DNA of 64,000 bases from Candidatus Eiseniibacteriota bacterium (GCA_965224245.1 OZ245046.1:3008001-3072000); one strand, 5' to 3'; shown: positions 1 to 9,959, counted from the first letter of the stretch. Notes: generated from the sequence alone by a model not told the origin. Made by a program: numbers and translations.

Positions 1-771
1 GCCGGCGTGCAGGAACTTGTTGCCGATGCGCCGATCCAGGCCCATCCCACGCTCGACGACCTTGATGTCGGCGCCCACCACGTCGCAGAGGTTGGCGATG
101 CTGTTGATGAACGAGATCTTCGTGGCGAGAAACGCGTTGGCCGCGTACTTGATCAGCTCGGCGCTCTGCACGGTGGTGCGGATCATCGGGGTCTCGTTCA
201 GGAACAGCGGCCGGTACAGGTCCGAGAGCCGCTCCTCGGCCCGCGGGCTCCACGTTCCGATGACCACCCGATCGGGGCGCATGAAGTTCTCGACCGCCGA
301 CCCCTCGCGCAGGAACTCCGGATTGGAGGCGACGTCGAACGGGACCGGCGAGGGCAGATTCTCCTCGATGATCTTCTTCACGCGCTGCCCGGTGCCGACG
401 GGCACCGTGCTCTTCTGAACGACGACCTTGTACCGCGTGATGTTCCTGGCCACCTGGGCGGCGACTCCGAGGACCTGAGAGAGATCGGCCTCGCCGGAGT
501 CGGTCATCGGCGTACCCACCGTGATGAACACGATGTCGTTGTCACGAACGGCCTGGTCCAGCTCGTTCGTGAAGTGTAGCCGTCCCTCGGCCAGCCCCTT
601 TCGCAGCAACCCTTCGAGGCCGAACTCGTAGAACGGGACCTTGCCGGCGCGCAGGACCTCGAGCTTGTCCACGTCGTTGTCGACGCACGTCACCTGGTTT
701 CCGAAGTCAGCCAGGCAAGCCCCCGTCACGAGTCCCACATACCCCGTGCCGACTACACAGACTTTTTGCAT
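1..771 (-). CDS. ugd: UDP-glucose/GDP-mannose 6-dehydrogenase (3' end runs off the window)
   Basis: Manual minus-strand translation from ATG at 771: MQKVCVVGTGYVGL...VQKSTVPVGTG...SNPEFLREGSAV...AELIKYAANAFLATKISFIN. Not in the ORF track because the frame is open at the window edge. Confidence 0.95.
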   Translation of the reverse strand, partial: MQKVCVVGTGYVGLVTGACLADFGNQVTCVDNDVDKLEVLRAGKVPFYEFGLEGLLRKGLAEGRLHFTNELDQAVRDNDIVFITVGTPMTDSGEADLSQVLGVAAQVARNITRYKVVVQKSTVPVGTGQRVKKIIEENLPSPVPFDVASNPEFLREGSAVENFMRPDRVVIGTWSPRAEERLSDLYRPLFLNETPMIRTTVQSAELIKYAANAFLATKISFINSIANLCDVVGADIKVVERGMGLDRRIGNKFLHAG

Positions 772-1007
772 GGCGCTGGAGCTCCACTTTGTCCCGCCGC
801 GCGGGATTGCGCGGAGGAAACGAACCCGGGGACTTTACTTCCCCGGGCTCGGGGCGGTCAAAACTTCCCCGGCGCCGGACGGTGCGCGCGCGTGCCCTTT
901 TCTGTCATCGGCGCACCGCGAGGTGATCCAAACCCCTCGATCGGGCTTCGGTCCCGCCGGCGGCGGCGTGGGAGCCGGCCCCGAGACGCCGGGCGTCGGG
1001 TCCGGCC

Positions 1008-2693
1008 TCAGTCGTCCACCCGAACGGGGGTCGACTGGACGCCGGCGGAGTCCCGTGCGGCGCGCGCCCTCAGGAACGCCTGGATCGCATCCGGATCGCG
1101 AGGATCGGGCACCCGTGGCACGACGCCGGCGCTGTCGCTCCGTCCGGGTACGGTGGCCCGGGCTCCCGCGGTCTCGCGCGCCGCGTCGTCCACCGGAGAC
1201 CCCGTGGCCCCGGCCGGTCCATCGGCTCCTTCGGTCGGGTCGCCGGGGTCGGAGGCGTCCGGCACGGGCTCGATCAGGTCCATGGCCCCCTCGGGGATCC
1301 GGTCCGCGAGCCCCTGCGCGATCAGGTACTCGCCGGCCTGCACGGCCTGCTCGGTGCCGGGATACACGTGGAGGATGCGCTCGAAGGACGCCACGATCGA
1401 GTCGGGCGCCGCGTCCCGGGCGCGATGGATCCACGCGCGCGCGAACGCGGCACGCGCCGCCACATCCGAGCCGGCGAACAGGCTCTCGACGCGCGCGTAC
1501 TGCTGAAGCGACCGCAGCGTGTCGGCGTCCTGGAAGAGAAACTGCTCGGCCAGCAGGAACGCGCCCTCTGCATCCACGTCGACGCCGCCCTGGGCGTCCC
1601 GGGTCGTGATGCCGGCCGACACGAGCGGTCGGAGGCGAGCCACGCGCGACTCCGCCTGCTCCGCGAAGACCGATCGCGCCCCGCGCAGGGCCAGCATCTC
1701 GTCGTAGGTGGCCAGCGCCGTCTCGTACTCGCCGTAGCGCATCTCCTGGATGAAGCCGATGCGGAAGAGCGCCTCGCCCGCGTACACGGTGCCCGCGTAG
1801 GTCTCCGCGATCACCCGGTAGTCCGCGATCGCCGCCTCGTGATCACCGAGCTCGCTCCGACACTCGGCGATCTTGAGCTCGATCGGCGCCCGCTTCTCCC
1901 GCGAGAGATCCCGCCCCACGTCGAGCGCCGTGCGATAGGTCTCGAGCCCATCGGCGATCCGGCCGGCTCGGAACAGCGCGTCCCCGGACAGCACGCGCGC
2001 GTCGAGACGGACCTCGAAGGCATCGGCCGTGCGCGTGACCTCGTCGAAGGCCACGTACGCGCTGTCGAACCGCTCGGCCTGCATGTAGAGCTCGCCGAGC
2101 TCCAGAAGCGTCTCCACCCGCTCGCGGTTGCCGGGGTGGCGCTCGATCAGACGCCGGTACGTGACGAGGGCCTCGTCGATCTGATCGGCATCCATGAAGG
2201 CCTTCGCCTCGACGCGAAGGATCTCGGCCTCGCGCGAGGGGGGAATGCCTTCGGCGCGGAGCTGCTGGAAGGTCCGCTTGCCCTCCTCGATGCGACCCAT
2301 GCGGTAGTACGTCACGCCCGCCCAGAACGTCGCCTCCTGTCGGAGGTTGGTGTCGGGATAGCGCTCGACGAGGGCGCGGAACTTGTCGAGCGCCTCGGGA
2401 TAGACGCGCTTGCCGAAGTACGCGCGTCCCATCAGGAGGATGGCGTCGTCCACCCACCGCGATCCGGCGTGACGCTGGATGACCTTGTTGCACTTCTCGA
2501 TCGTCAGGTCGTACTCGGTGACCGCGGAGCCGGCGACCGTCTCGTCGCCGGGGGGGCGCGACTCCTGGATGCGCTCGGCCTTGTCGAAGTGCGCCTGCGC
2601 GTTGTAGAACGTGTTGAAGTACGCGCAGCCGGACACGAGCGCGATCAGGCCGAGCGCTCCGACGACGAGATCAGACCATCGCGTGCTGCTCAC
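1008..2693 (-). CDS. TPR-repeat lipoprotein (PorW/SprE- or BamD-like outer-membrane assembly protein)
   Basis: Lipobox-like LVSGC followed by AYFNTFYNA; many TPR helical pairs (e.g. SRWVDDAILLMGRAYF); low-complexity C-terminus. Confidence 0.75.
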   Translation of the reverse strand: MSSTRWSDLVVGALGLIALVSGCAYFNTFYNAQAHFDKAERIQESRPPGDETVAGSAVTEYDLTIEKCNKVIQRHAGSRWVDDAILLMGRAYFGKRVYPEALDKFRALVERYPDTNLRQEATFWAGVTYYRMGRIEEGKRTFQQLRAEGIPPSREAEILRVEAKAFMDADQIDEALVTYRRLIERHPGNRERVETLLELGELYMQAERFDSAYVAFDEVTRTADAFEVRLDARVLSGDALFRAGRIADGLETYRTALDVGRDLSREKRAPIELKIAECRSELGDHEAAIADYRVIAETYAGTVYAGEALFRIGFIQEMRYGEYETALATYDEMLALRGARSVFAEQAESRVARLRPLVSAGITTRDAQGGVDVDAEGAFLLAEQFLFQDADTLRSLQQYARVESLFAGSDVAARAAFARAWIHRARDAAPDSIVASFERILHVYPGTEQAVQAGEYLIAQGLADRIPEGAMDLIEPVPDASDPGDPTEGADGPAGATGSPVDDAARETAGARATVPGRSDSAGVVPRVPDPRDPDAIQAFLRARAARDSAGVQSTPVRVDD

Positions 2694-3984
2694 GTGCGAA
2701 CGTGACCTTTCCGTTGACGACCGTCAGGATGGCGCGGCCCCGGAGCGAGCGCCCGTAGAACGGCGTGTTCGAGGAGCGCGAGAACACGTCCTCGGGGGAC
2801 ACCACCCAGCCCAGCGTCGGGTTCCACACGGTCACCGAGCAGCTCTCGTCGATGGCCAGCCGGTCCCCACCCAGGCCCAGGATCCGGCGCGGGTGGATCG
2901 ACAGCTTTCGGACCACGTCGGCCTCGCTCAGCACGCCGCGCTCCATCAGCTCGGTGACCGTCAGCCCCAGGGCGGTCTCGAGACCCAGGATGCCGAACGG
3001 TGCCCGATCGAACTCCGCCTCCTTCTCCTCGGGGGTGTGCGGGGCGTGGTCGGTGGCGATCGCATCCAGCGTGCCGTCGGCGAGCCCCTCGATGACGGCG
3101 GCGACGTCGTCGGCCGTCCGGAGCGGAGGGTTCATCTTGGCGTCGGTCCGGTAGCCGATCACCGCGTCCTCGGTCAGCGTGAAGTGATGCGGCGTCGCCT
3201 CGGCGGTCACGCGCACCCCTCGGGTCTTCGCCCGCCGGATCGCCTCGACCGACCCGCGCGTCGAGACGTGGCAGATGTGGAGCGCGCATCCGGTCAGGCG
3301 CGAGACGAGGATGTCGCGCACCACGCCGAGCTCCTCGGCCTCGCCCGGCACGCCCTTCAGTCCCAGGCGCAGCGACAGTGCGCCCTCGTTCATGACGCCG
3401 CCGTCGGAGAGCGACAGATCCTCGGCGTGTGAGATGATCGGCCTGTCCAGCGATGCGGCGTACTCCATCGCGCGCCGGAGCAGGTTCGAGTCGCTGACCG
3501 GAAAGCCGTCGTCGGAGAAGCCGACGGCGCCGCCCTCGACCAGCTCGGCCATCTCCGAGAGCGCCTCGCCCTTCTGGCCCTTGGTGATCGCCGCGATCAC
3601 GTGCACGTCGGTGTGCGCGCGCTCGGCCAGCGTCAGGACGCGCTCCAGCCCCCCGATGGTGTCGATCGGTGGAACCGTGTTCGGCATGCACGCCACCGCG
3701 GTGAAGCCGCCCGACGCCGCGGCCAGCGTTCCGGTCTCGATCGTCTCCTTGTGCTCCTGGCCGGGCTCGCGCAGGTGCACGTGCATGTCGACGAACCCGG
3801 GACTGATGATGCACCCGGAGATGTCCAGCGTAGGTACGTCGGCGTTGATCGAGAGCGTCGGGGACGCCGCGCGCAGGCGTCCGTCCTCGACGTAGACGTC
3901 GCACGGGCCTTCACCCAGACCGAGGGGATCCACCACGCGACCGCCGCGCAGTACGAACGTCGTCCGGCCCTGCCATTCGTTCAT
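2671..3984 (-). CDS. pyrC: dihydroorotase
   Basis: PGFVDMHVHLREPG, MPNT, KMNPPLR and IATDHAPH motifs; follows pyrB. Start set at ATG 3984 (GTG 4002 is an alternative). Confidence 0.95.
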   Translation of the reverse strand: MNEWQGRTTFVLRGGRVVDPLGLGEGPCDVYVEDGRLRAASPTLSINADVPTLDISGCIISPGFVDMHVHLREPGQEHKETIETGTLAAASGGFTAVACMPNTVPPIDTIGGLERVLTLAERAHTDVHVIAAITKGQKGEALSEMAELVEGGAVGFSDDGFPVSDSNLLRRAMEYAASLDRPIISHAEDLSLSDGGVMNEGALSLRLGLKGVPGEAEELGVVRDILVSRLTGCALHICHVSTRGSVEAIRRAKTRGVRVTAEATPHHFTLTEDAVIGYRTDAKMNPPLRTADDVAAVIEGLADGTLDAIATDHAPHTPEEKEAEFDRAPFGILGLETALGLTVTELMERGVLSEADVVRKLSIHPRRILGLGGDRLAIDESCSVTVWNPTLGWVVSPEDVFSRSSNTPFYGRSLRGRAILTVVNGKVTFAREQHAMV

Positions 3985-3998
3985 CGCTTCATGTCCTT

Positions 3999-4955
3999 TC
4001 ACGACGCCTCGACCTCGGCCACGACGCGCTTGGTTTCCTCGGCCTTCAGTCCGCTCAGGAGATACAGCACCGCCATCCGAACCGCCACGCCGTTTCGGAC
4101 CTGATCGAGAATGACCGAGTACGGACCGTCGGCCACCTCGGGCTCCAGCTCGACGCCGCGATTGATCGGGCCGGGATGCATGATGACCGGCGAGTGCGAG
4201 AGCTTGGCCAGACGGGCACGCGTGATCCCGTAGGAGCGCGCGTACTCCCGCACGGTCGGGACGTATCCGCCGTGCATGCGCTCGAACTGGATGCGGAGCG
4301 TCATGATGACGTCCGCCCCGGCGATCGCCGCGTCGAGGTCGGTGACCCGTTCCACGCCCATCGACTCGATCTCGCGGGGCAGGAGCGTGGCGGGACCGCA
4401 CACGGTGACGTTGGCCCCGAGCTTCGTGAGCCCCCAGATGTTCGAACGCGCGACCCGGCTGTGGAGGATGTCGCCGATGATCGTCACGTTCAACCCCTCG
4501 AACTCGCCGACGCGCTCCCCGATCGTGAACAGATCCAGCAGGCCCTGCGTGGGGTGCTCGTGCGTTCCGTCACCGGCGTTCACGACCGCCGATCGGAGAT
4601 GGCGCGCGAGGTAGTGCGGCGCGCCGCTCATTCCGTGGCGGATCACGACCATGTCGATCTCCATGGCCTCCAGGTTGCGCACGGTGTCGCGCAGCGTCTC
4701 GCCCTTGGAGACCGACGACATCGTGGAGCTGAAGTTCACGACGTCGGCCGACAGTCGCTTCTCGGCCAGCTCGAACGAGATCCGGGTGCGCGTGGAGGAC
4801 TCGTAGAAGAGGTTCACCACGGTGCGATTGCGCAGCGCGGGCACCTTCTTCACCGGACGATCCAGAACCTCTCGAAATGCTTGCGCGGAGTTGAGGATGC
4901 TCAGGATGTCCTCCCGAGTCAGATCCTCCAGCCCCAAGAGGTGCTTCTGCTCCAT
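3999..4955 (-). CDS. pyrB: aspartate carbamoyltransferase catalytic subunit
   Basis: FYESSTRTRISFE, NAGDGTHEHPTQ and MHPGP motifs. Confidence 0.97.
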   Translation of the reverse strand: MEQKHLLGLEDLTREDILSILNSAQAFREVLDRPVKKVPALRNRTVVNLFYESSTRTRISFELAEKRLSADVVNFSSTMSSVSKGETLRDTVRNLEAMEIDMVVIRHGMSGAPHYLARHLRSAVVNAGDGTHEHPTQGLLDLFTIGERVGEFEGLNVTIIGDILHSRVARSNIWGLTKLGANVTVCGPATLLPREIESMGVERVTDLDAAIAGADVIMTLRIQFERMHGGYVPTVREYARSYGITRARLAKLSHSPVIMHPGPINRGVELEPEVADGPYSVILDQVRNGVAVRMAVLYLLSGLKAEETKRVVAEVEAS

Positions 4956-4957
4956 GA

Positions 4958-5503
4958 CTAGTCCATCTCCCGGATGTAGACCGCGTCCTGTCCGTCGATC
5001 TCCTCGAGCTTGACCGAGATGACCTCGCGTCGCGCCGTCGGCACGTTCTTGCCCACGAAGTCGGCCTTGATCGGCAGCTCGCGATGGCCGCGGTCGACCA
5101 GGACCGCGAGCTGAATGGCCTGCGGACGGCCGTAGTCGATGATCGCGTCGAGCGCCGAACGCACCGTGCGCCCCGTGTACAGGACGTCGTCGACCAGGAC
5201 CACGACCATGTCCTCGAGATCGAACATGATGTCGGTGGTGCTCAGCACCGGCTGGTGCGCGATCTTCTCCAGGTCGTCGCGATAGAAGGTGATGTCGAGG
5301 CTTCCGATCGGAAGCTCGACGCCCTCGAACTTCGCGATCTGATCGCGAAGCCGCTCGGCCAGCGGAACACCGCGCCGCCGGATCCCGACGAGCGCGACCC
5401 GATCGGTGCCCTTGTTCCGCTCGACGATCTCGTGCGCGATGCGCACGGTCATGCGCGCCATCTCCTTGGCGTCGATGATCAGGGCCTTCTCTTTCAGGTG
5501 CAC
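4958..5503 (-). CDS. pyrR: bifunctional pyr operon regulator / uracil phosphoribosyltransferase
   Basis: [40 protein letters not shown]. Confidence 0.97.
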   Translation of the reverse strand: MHLKEKALIIDAKEMARMTVRIAHEIVERNKGTDRVALVGIRRRGVPLAERLRDQIAKFEGVELPIGSLDITFYRDDLEKIAHQPVLSTTDIMFDLEDMVVVLVDDVLYTGRTVRSALDAIIDYGRPQAIQLAVLVDRGHRELPIKADFVGKNVPTARREVISVKLEEIDGQDAVYIREMD

Positions 5504-5605
5504 GTGGGGTCTCCGTCCTCGGACCGGTGGGATGCCAGAGGACGCGCGGGGCCGAGCCGGGTCCCGCGCCGGCGCGGCGGGGATCTCCCGTCGGCGCCGA
5601 CGTGC

Positions 5606-5640
5606 GTCCTTTCCGACCTCACCGGATCGGGTTAAAGGAC
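5606..5640 (-). promoter_or_regulatory. PyrR-binding RNA stem-loop in the pyrR leader
   Basis: Minus strand reads GUCCUUUAACCCGAUCCGGUGAGGUCGGAAAGGAC: CUUUAA plus an AUCCnGnGAGGU-type upper stem-loop and a closing GUCCUUU/AAAGGAC stem, about 100 nt upstream of pyrR. Confidence 0.9.
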
Positions 5641-5795
5641 CGTCGTTCGATGACGCGACGACTCTATCACAGTCGCGCGCCGTCCCGGCGATCCGTTTTC
5701 GTCACCGTGTGGCCAGCGACGGGGGGTTCCGTCACCCACGGACCGGACTGTCGCGATGTTCCGACACACAGCTGGGACCGAGGCGCCACCGGTCG

Positions 5796-5814
5796 GTGGA
5801 TACGAGGTTCCCAC
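5796..5814. promoter_or_regulatory. 19-bp imperfect palindrome, putative enhancer (UAS) for a sigma-54 activator
   Basis: GTGGATACGAGGTTCCCAC, about 150 bp upstream of the -24/-12 site at 5966; resembles three copies at 23729-23846. Confidence 0.55.
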
Positions 5815-5965
5815 CCGTAATCGATTTCGACAGCACCACATACGACGATCGGCGGGGGTGGCGGGTACGCGTGTATCCCCTCGTCCGGCGAGGGCGCCCG
5901 GATGCGTGAATACGGTCGACCGGCTATGACGTGCCCCGCGAGCAAGTTACCGGCGGCGACGAATC

Positions 5966-5980
5966 TGGCACACGCATTGC
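5966..5980 (+). promoter_or_regulatory. sigma-54 (-24/-12) promoter
   Basis: TGGCAC-ACGCA-TTGC is an exact match to TGGCAC-N5-TTGC and lies in an intergenic region. Confidence 0.75.
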
Positions 5981-5991
5981 GTTATGACAGG

Positions 5992-6406
5992 CGCGTGTGG
6001 ATGGGTGGTGTGGATGTGTTAGGCAAAGCCCCGGAATGGACGCGGATGGAGCGCCGGGCGCGAGTGGGAGAAAAGAGCACGGGTCGAGGGAGTTCCGCGC
6101 TCGATGTTCCAGTCGTTTCCATTCCGGTGGCGGCGCCTTCTCTGACGGATGTGCGGAAAGCTCTCGCACGGCGACTACGACACCCGACGAGTGGCTGCCC
6201 GGTTCTGTGAGGCTCCCCCGACTGCTGGATGGTGCCCAGTCCGACTCCGCCTGGTTGCCGGGATGTCACTCTCGCTCGACACGTCGATCTCGCGACCAGG
6301 CGTCCGCGAACGCGAGAGCTTTCCCTTTCGAGTTGAAGGTGGGGCCGACCTCTCGGGCTGATGTTTTGGGAGGGGCGGTCTTGGGGGCCGGCCTTCACCT
6401 TCTTTT
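5992..6406 (+). ncRNA. putative structured non-coding RNA of unknown family
   Basis: Long-range helices CCGGAATGGA(6031-6040)/TCCATTCCGG(6118-6127) and GGAAAGCTCTCGC(6155-6167)/GCGAGAGCTTTCC(6312-6324); terminal hairpin 6335-6402 followed by TTTT; no convincing protein. The 5' end is inferred from the sigma-54 site. Confidence 0.55.
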
Positions 6407-6486
6407 CCCCGAACTCACCACCGACGCCGTCCGACTCTCGCCGCCATCACCGCCACCACCGCGCGTCACGCCGACTCTCACGCACG

Positions 6487-7278
6487 TCACGAGCCCGGCC
6501 TCGCCGCGGGCGCCGCCATCGTCCGTCCCAGTGTCTTCAAGGACTTGAGGCCCCGATACCGCTCCACGTGGTGGGCAATGAAACGCTCCAGAACGCCGGC
6601 CACCTCCGTGGCTGCCGGACGCATCTCGGCCGAGTACGCCCGGGCCACCTCGAGGGCGCGAGCACGCAGGAGAAACCGGAACACGCCGGCGGCCTCGGAC
6701 GACATCGCGTCGGCGGGCGTTCCACTGGACACGCAGGCCGCGCACACGAAGCCGCCGGCGGCGGCCGAGAACAGGCGCGCGGCGCCGGCATCGCCCTCGC
6801 ACACGGCACAGCTCTCGAGCTCGGGCAGGATCCCGAAGCGCGCGCATGCACGCGCCTGAAACCCGCGAAACGTCACCGCGGCGCGCGCTCCGGTGGTCGC
6901 GGCCAGCACCGACAGCGTCTCGGCGAGATCGGCGTAGACGGCGGGCTCGGCATCGTCCTCGGCCAGGAGCAGGTCACACAGCTCGAGCGCGGCGGACGCG
7001 TAGAAGTAGCGCGTGAGATCGCTCTCGAGGCCGTCGTGGTAGTGCAGCACGTCGGCGTGCGCGGCGAGCTGGAGCTCGCGATCGGGGCGATGGTAGTAAA
7101 TCAGCTCGATCTCGCGAAACGGCTCCAGCGCACCCGTGCACGGGTTCCTCGGGGTGCGATAGCCCTTCGAGATGACCCTGAGCTTGCCGACGTCCTCGCC
7201 GAAGAGCACCGCGATTCGGCTCGTGTCGCCGAACGGGATCCGCTTCAGGAGATAGGCTCTCGTCCGGCGTAGCGCCAT
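6487..7278 (-). CDS. recO: DNA repair protein RecO
   Basis: N-terminal OB-fold pattern (LLKRIPFGDTSRIAVLF), ALEPF, and Zn-finger CAVC...FVCAAC. Confidence 0.92.
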   Translation of the reverse strand: MALRRTRAYLLKRIPFGDTSRIAVLFGEDVGKLRVISKGYRTPRNPCTGALEPFREIELIYYHRPDRELQLAAHADVLHYHDGLESDLTRYFYASAALELCDLLLAEDDAEPAVYADLAETLSVLAATTGARAAVTFRGFQARACARFGILPELESCAVCEGDAGAARLFSAAAGGFVCAACVSSGTPADAMSSEAAGVFRFLLRARALEVARAYSAEMRPAATEVAGVLERFIAHHVERYRGLKSLKTLGRTMAAPAARPGS

Positions 7279-7318
7279 CGTGGGAATCCGGGGTTTCGGA
7301 CCATCGACCGCGAGCGGG

Positions 7319-8536
7319 TCAGGCCCCGAACTTCGCCAGGCGCCCCGCCGAGGCGAGCAGCACCGGCATCAGGTACCGGCTCGGCATCGTGCCGAGAAGA
7401 CCGGAGACCGCGTTCCGCTCGGTGAACCGCGCCAGACCGTCGCCGCCGGCACGCTCGGCGTGGACGAGCACCGGCACCGGCTGCCACCCGTGCGCCGCGT
7501 ACGCGACGGGGGTCGAGTGGTCGCCCGTGATCGCCAGCACCCCCGGCGCGGTGTCGAGGAGAGCCGGCAGGGCCGCATCGACCTCCTCGATCGCGGCCGT
7601 CTTGGCGTCGAAGTTGCCGTCCTCGCCGTACATGTCCGTGGCCTTGATGTGGATGAACGCGAAGTCGTAGCGCGTTCGCACCGACGCGTAGGTCGCGAAC
7701 TCGGCCTCGGGTCCGTTCTCGGTCCGGAGCGTGGTCATGCCGACCAGCTGCGCGAGACCCCGGTACATCGGATACGCGGCGATCGCGACCGGCGTCAGAC
7801 CGAATCGCGCCGGGAACGAGTCGAGCTCCGGCAGTCCGCCGATGCCCCGCATCAGCATCCCGTTCGCGGGCTCGTGACCGGCGAGGCGGGCACCCGCCTC
7901 GGCGAGGAAGCGCGTGACGATCGACGCGGTGTGGCGCGTCGCGGGCGAGTCGGACACGGGCTGCACCGGCCTGGGCTCGACCCCCTCGCGCCCGGGATCG
8001 GAGTCGCAGAGCGGTCCCTCGAGCCCCGGACCCCGGAAACGCACCACGAACCGGTGCCCCTTGCCCGGACGAACCGTCACCCCCACCCCCTCGATCTCCC
8101 GGATGTCGGCCAGCAGCTCGCACCGCGCCACGTTCTCGGCGTCCGAGATCCGGCCCGCCCGTCGATCCACCACGCGCCCGTCGGCGTCGAGGGTGGCGAA
8201 GTTGGCCCGCGCGGCGACGTCCCCCGGTGCCACGTCGAGGTCCACGCCCAGCGCCTCGATGACACCGCGCCCGACCTCGACCTCGAGCGGATCGTAGCCG
8301 AACAGCCCGAGGTGCCCGGGGCCGCTCCCCGGCGTGATCGCGGGCGCCACCGGGATGAGCCGCCCCAGGGAAGATTCGGGTGCGAGCCGGTCCAGGTTCG
8401 GTGTTCGCGCCGCCTCCAGCGGTGTGCGATACGATGTGCTCGCCGCCGGGACGTCCGCCAGACCGTCCAGGACGAGGAGCACGATCGACGGGCCGTCCGG
8501 GTCGCGAAGCGATCGGATCACGTCGACGTAGGACAT
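7319..8536 (-). CDS. apgM: 2,3-bisphosphoglycerate-independent phosphoglycerate mutase (ApgM type)
   Basis: LLVLDGLAD, TPLEAARTPNLD, TPGSGPGHLGLFGYDP, HIKATD, TGDHSTP; start at ATG 8536 with a GAGGAG RBS. Confidence 0.92.
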   Translation of the reverse strand: MSYVDVIRSLRDPDGPSIVLLVLDGLADVPAASTSYRTPLEAARTPNLDRLAPESSLGRLIPVAPAITPGSGPGHLGLFGYDPLEVEVGRGVIEALGVDLDVAPGDVAARANFATLDADGRVVDRRAGRISDAENVARCELLADIREIEGVGVTVRPGKGHRFVVRFRGPGLEGPLCDSDPGREGVEPRPVQPVSDSPATRHTASIVTRFLAEAGARLAGHEPANGMLMRGIGGLPELDSFPARFGLTPVAIAAYPMYRGLAQLVGMTTLRTENGPEAEFATYASVRTRYDFAFIHIKATDMYGEDGNFDAKTAAIEEVDAALPALLDTAPGVLAITGDHSTPVAYAAHGWQPVPVLVHAERAGGDGLARFTERNAVSGLLGTMPSRYLMPVLLASAGRLAKFGA

Positions 8537-8620
8537 CGTGAGCTTCTCCTCGATGGGGTTCGCGCCCGGTGACAGTATCAAATCGCCGGGGCCCGGTGCG
8601 CGGGACGGTGGGGACATCGC

Positions 8621-8649
8621 TTGACGCCGATCGGTCCCGCTGCTAGCCT
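8621..8649 (+). promoter_or_regulatory. sigma-70-type promoter of the acyl-CoA dehydrogenase gene
   Basis: TTGACG-N17-TAGCCT with an extended -10 TG. Confidence 0.55.
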
Positions 8650-8744
8650 CAACGGGTTATCTCTTTCTGTAACAATGATTTCCACGCTCGCGGATCCGTA
8701 ACGACGGAGCCCGAGCCGGCGTTCCGAACCGAGAGGAGTGCGTC

Positions 8745-9959
8745 GTGGGGCTTCTCACCGAGCAGAACCGGATGTGGCGCGACAAAGCCCGCTCGATCGC
8801 CGAGGAGGTCGTGCGTCCGCTCGCACGCAAGTACGACGAGGCCCAGGAGTATCCGTGGGAGATCAAAGATGCGCTCCAGGGGGCGGGGCTCCTGGGTGTG
8901 TGGATTCCCGAGGAGTACGGCGGTGCCGGTGGCACGGTGCTCGACCTCTGCCTGTGCGTCGAGGAGCTCTCGCGCGCCTGCGGCGGCGTCGGGGTCATGT
9001 ACTGCGTGAACGCGCTCGGCTCGTTCCCGATTCTCGTCGCCGGCACCGAGGAACAGAAGAAGGCGTACCTGCCCCGCATCGCATCGGGCGAGAAGCTGAT
9101 CGCGTTCTGCCTGTCCGAGAAGTTCGCGGGCTCCGACGCGGCGAGCCTCCGCACGCCGGCGGTTCGTGACGGCGACCACTACGTCATCACCGGCGAGAAG
9201 AAATGGACCACGAACGGCGGCGCGGCCGACCTCTACACGGTCTTCGCGGTGACCGATCCCTCGTCGCGGAGCCGGCGCATCTCGGCGTTCATCGTCGAGA
9301 AGGGGGCACCGGGGTTCTCGATCGGCAAGGTCGAGGACAAGATGGGCATTCGCTGCGTCCCGGTCGTCGAGACCTGCTTCGAGGGCGTGCGGGTCGGGGC
9401 CGACGCGCTCCTCGGTGGACAGCCCGGATACGGCTTCAAGCACGCGATGGCCACCCTCGACAAGGCGCGTCCCGGCGTCGCGGCGCAGGCCCTGGGCCTC
9501 GCGCAGGGTGCGCTCGACTACGCACTGGTGTACACGAACCGTCGCCGGCAGTTCGGACAGTCCATCTCCAGCTTTCAGATGATCCAGGGCATGCTGGCGG
9601 AGATGGCGTGCAAGGTGGAGGCCGCGCGCGCTCTCGTCTACACGGCCGCGACCGCGATCGACGAGGGCGACCCGGCGTCGAACCGCCTGGCCGCGCAGTG
9701 CAAGTACGTGGCCACCGAGGTGGCGATGGAGGTCACCACGAAGGCCGTGCAGCTGTTCGGCGGCTACGGCTACATGCGCGACTACCCGATCGAGAAGTAC
9801 ATGCGCGACGCCAAGATCACGCAGATCTACGAGGGAACCAACCAAGTGCAACTGATGGTGGTGGCGCGAAACCTGATCAAGTCGGTCGGCGAGCTGAAGC
9901 ACCTGGCCGCCTACCTCCCGACCGAGGTGCAACGCGGCGTGAGCGAGGACGACGTCTGA
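8745..9959 (+). CDS. acyl-CoA dehydrogenase
   Basis: IPEEYGGAG, AFCLSEKFAGSDA, GEKKWTTNG, QLFGGYGY, IYEGTNQVQ. Confidence 0.95.
   Translation: MGLLTEQNRMWRDKARSIAEEVVRPLARKYDEAQEYPWEIKDALQGAGLLGVWIPEEYGGAGGTVLDLCLCVEELSRACGGVGVMYCVNALGSFPILVAGTEEQKKAYLPRIASGEKLIAFCLSEKFAGSDAASLRTPAVRDGDHYVITGEKKWTTNGGAADLYTVFAVTDPSSRSRRISAFIVEKGAPGFSIGKVEDKMGIRCVPVVETCFEGVRVGADALLGGQPGYGFKHAMATLDKARPGVAAQALGLAQGALDYALVYTNRRRQFGQSISSFQMIQGMLAEMACKVEAARALVYTAATAIDEGDPASNRLAAQCKYVATEVAMEVTTKAVQLFGGYGYMRDYPIEKYMRDAKITQIYEGTNQVQLMVVARNLIKSVGELKHLAAYLPTEVQRGVSEDDV

Noticed and set aside
5721-5880. Additional weak palindrome copies near 5721-5739 and 5861-5880
   Set aside because: Poor match or wrong spacing relative to the 19-bp consensus; not counted, although they may be secondary sites.
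6150-6330. RNase P, tmRNA or SRP identity for the structured region
   Set aside because: No GAGGAAAGUCC or tRNA-like ends and no SRP loop seen; 6S RNA remains possible and needs a covariance search.
5902-6548. ORFs of 70-183 aa in the pyrR-recO gap
   Set aside because: No recognisable motifs, atypical codon use, weak RBS; the strong base-pairing favours an RNA, though coding is not formally excluded.
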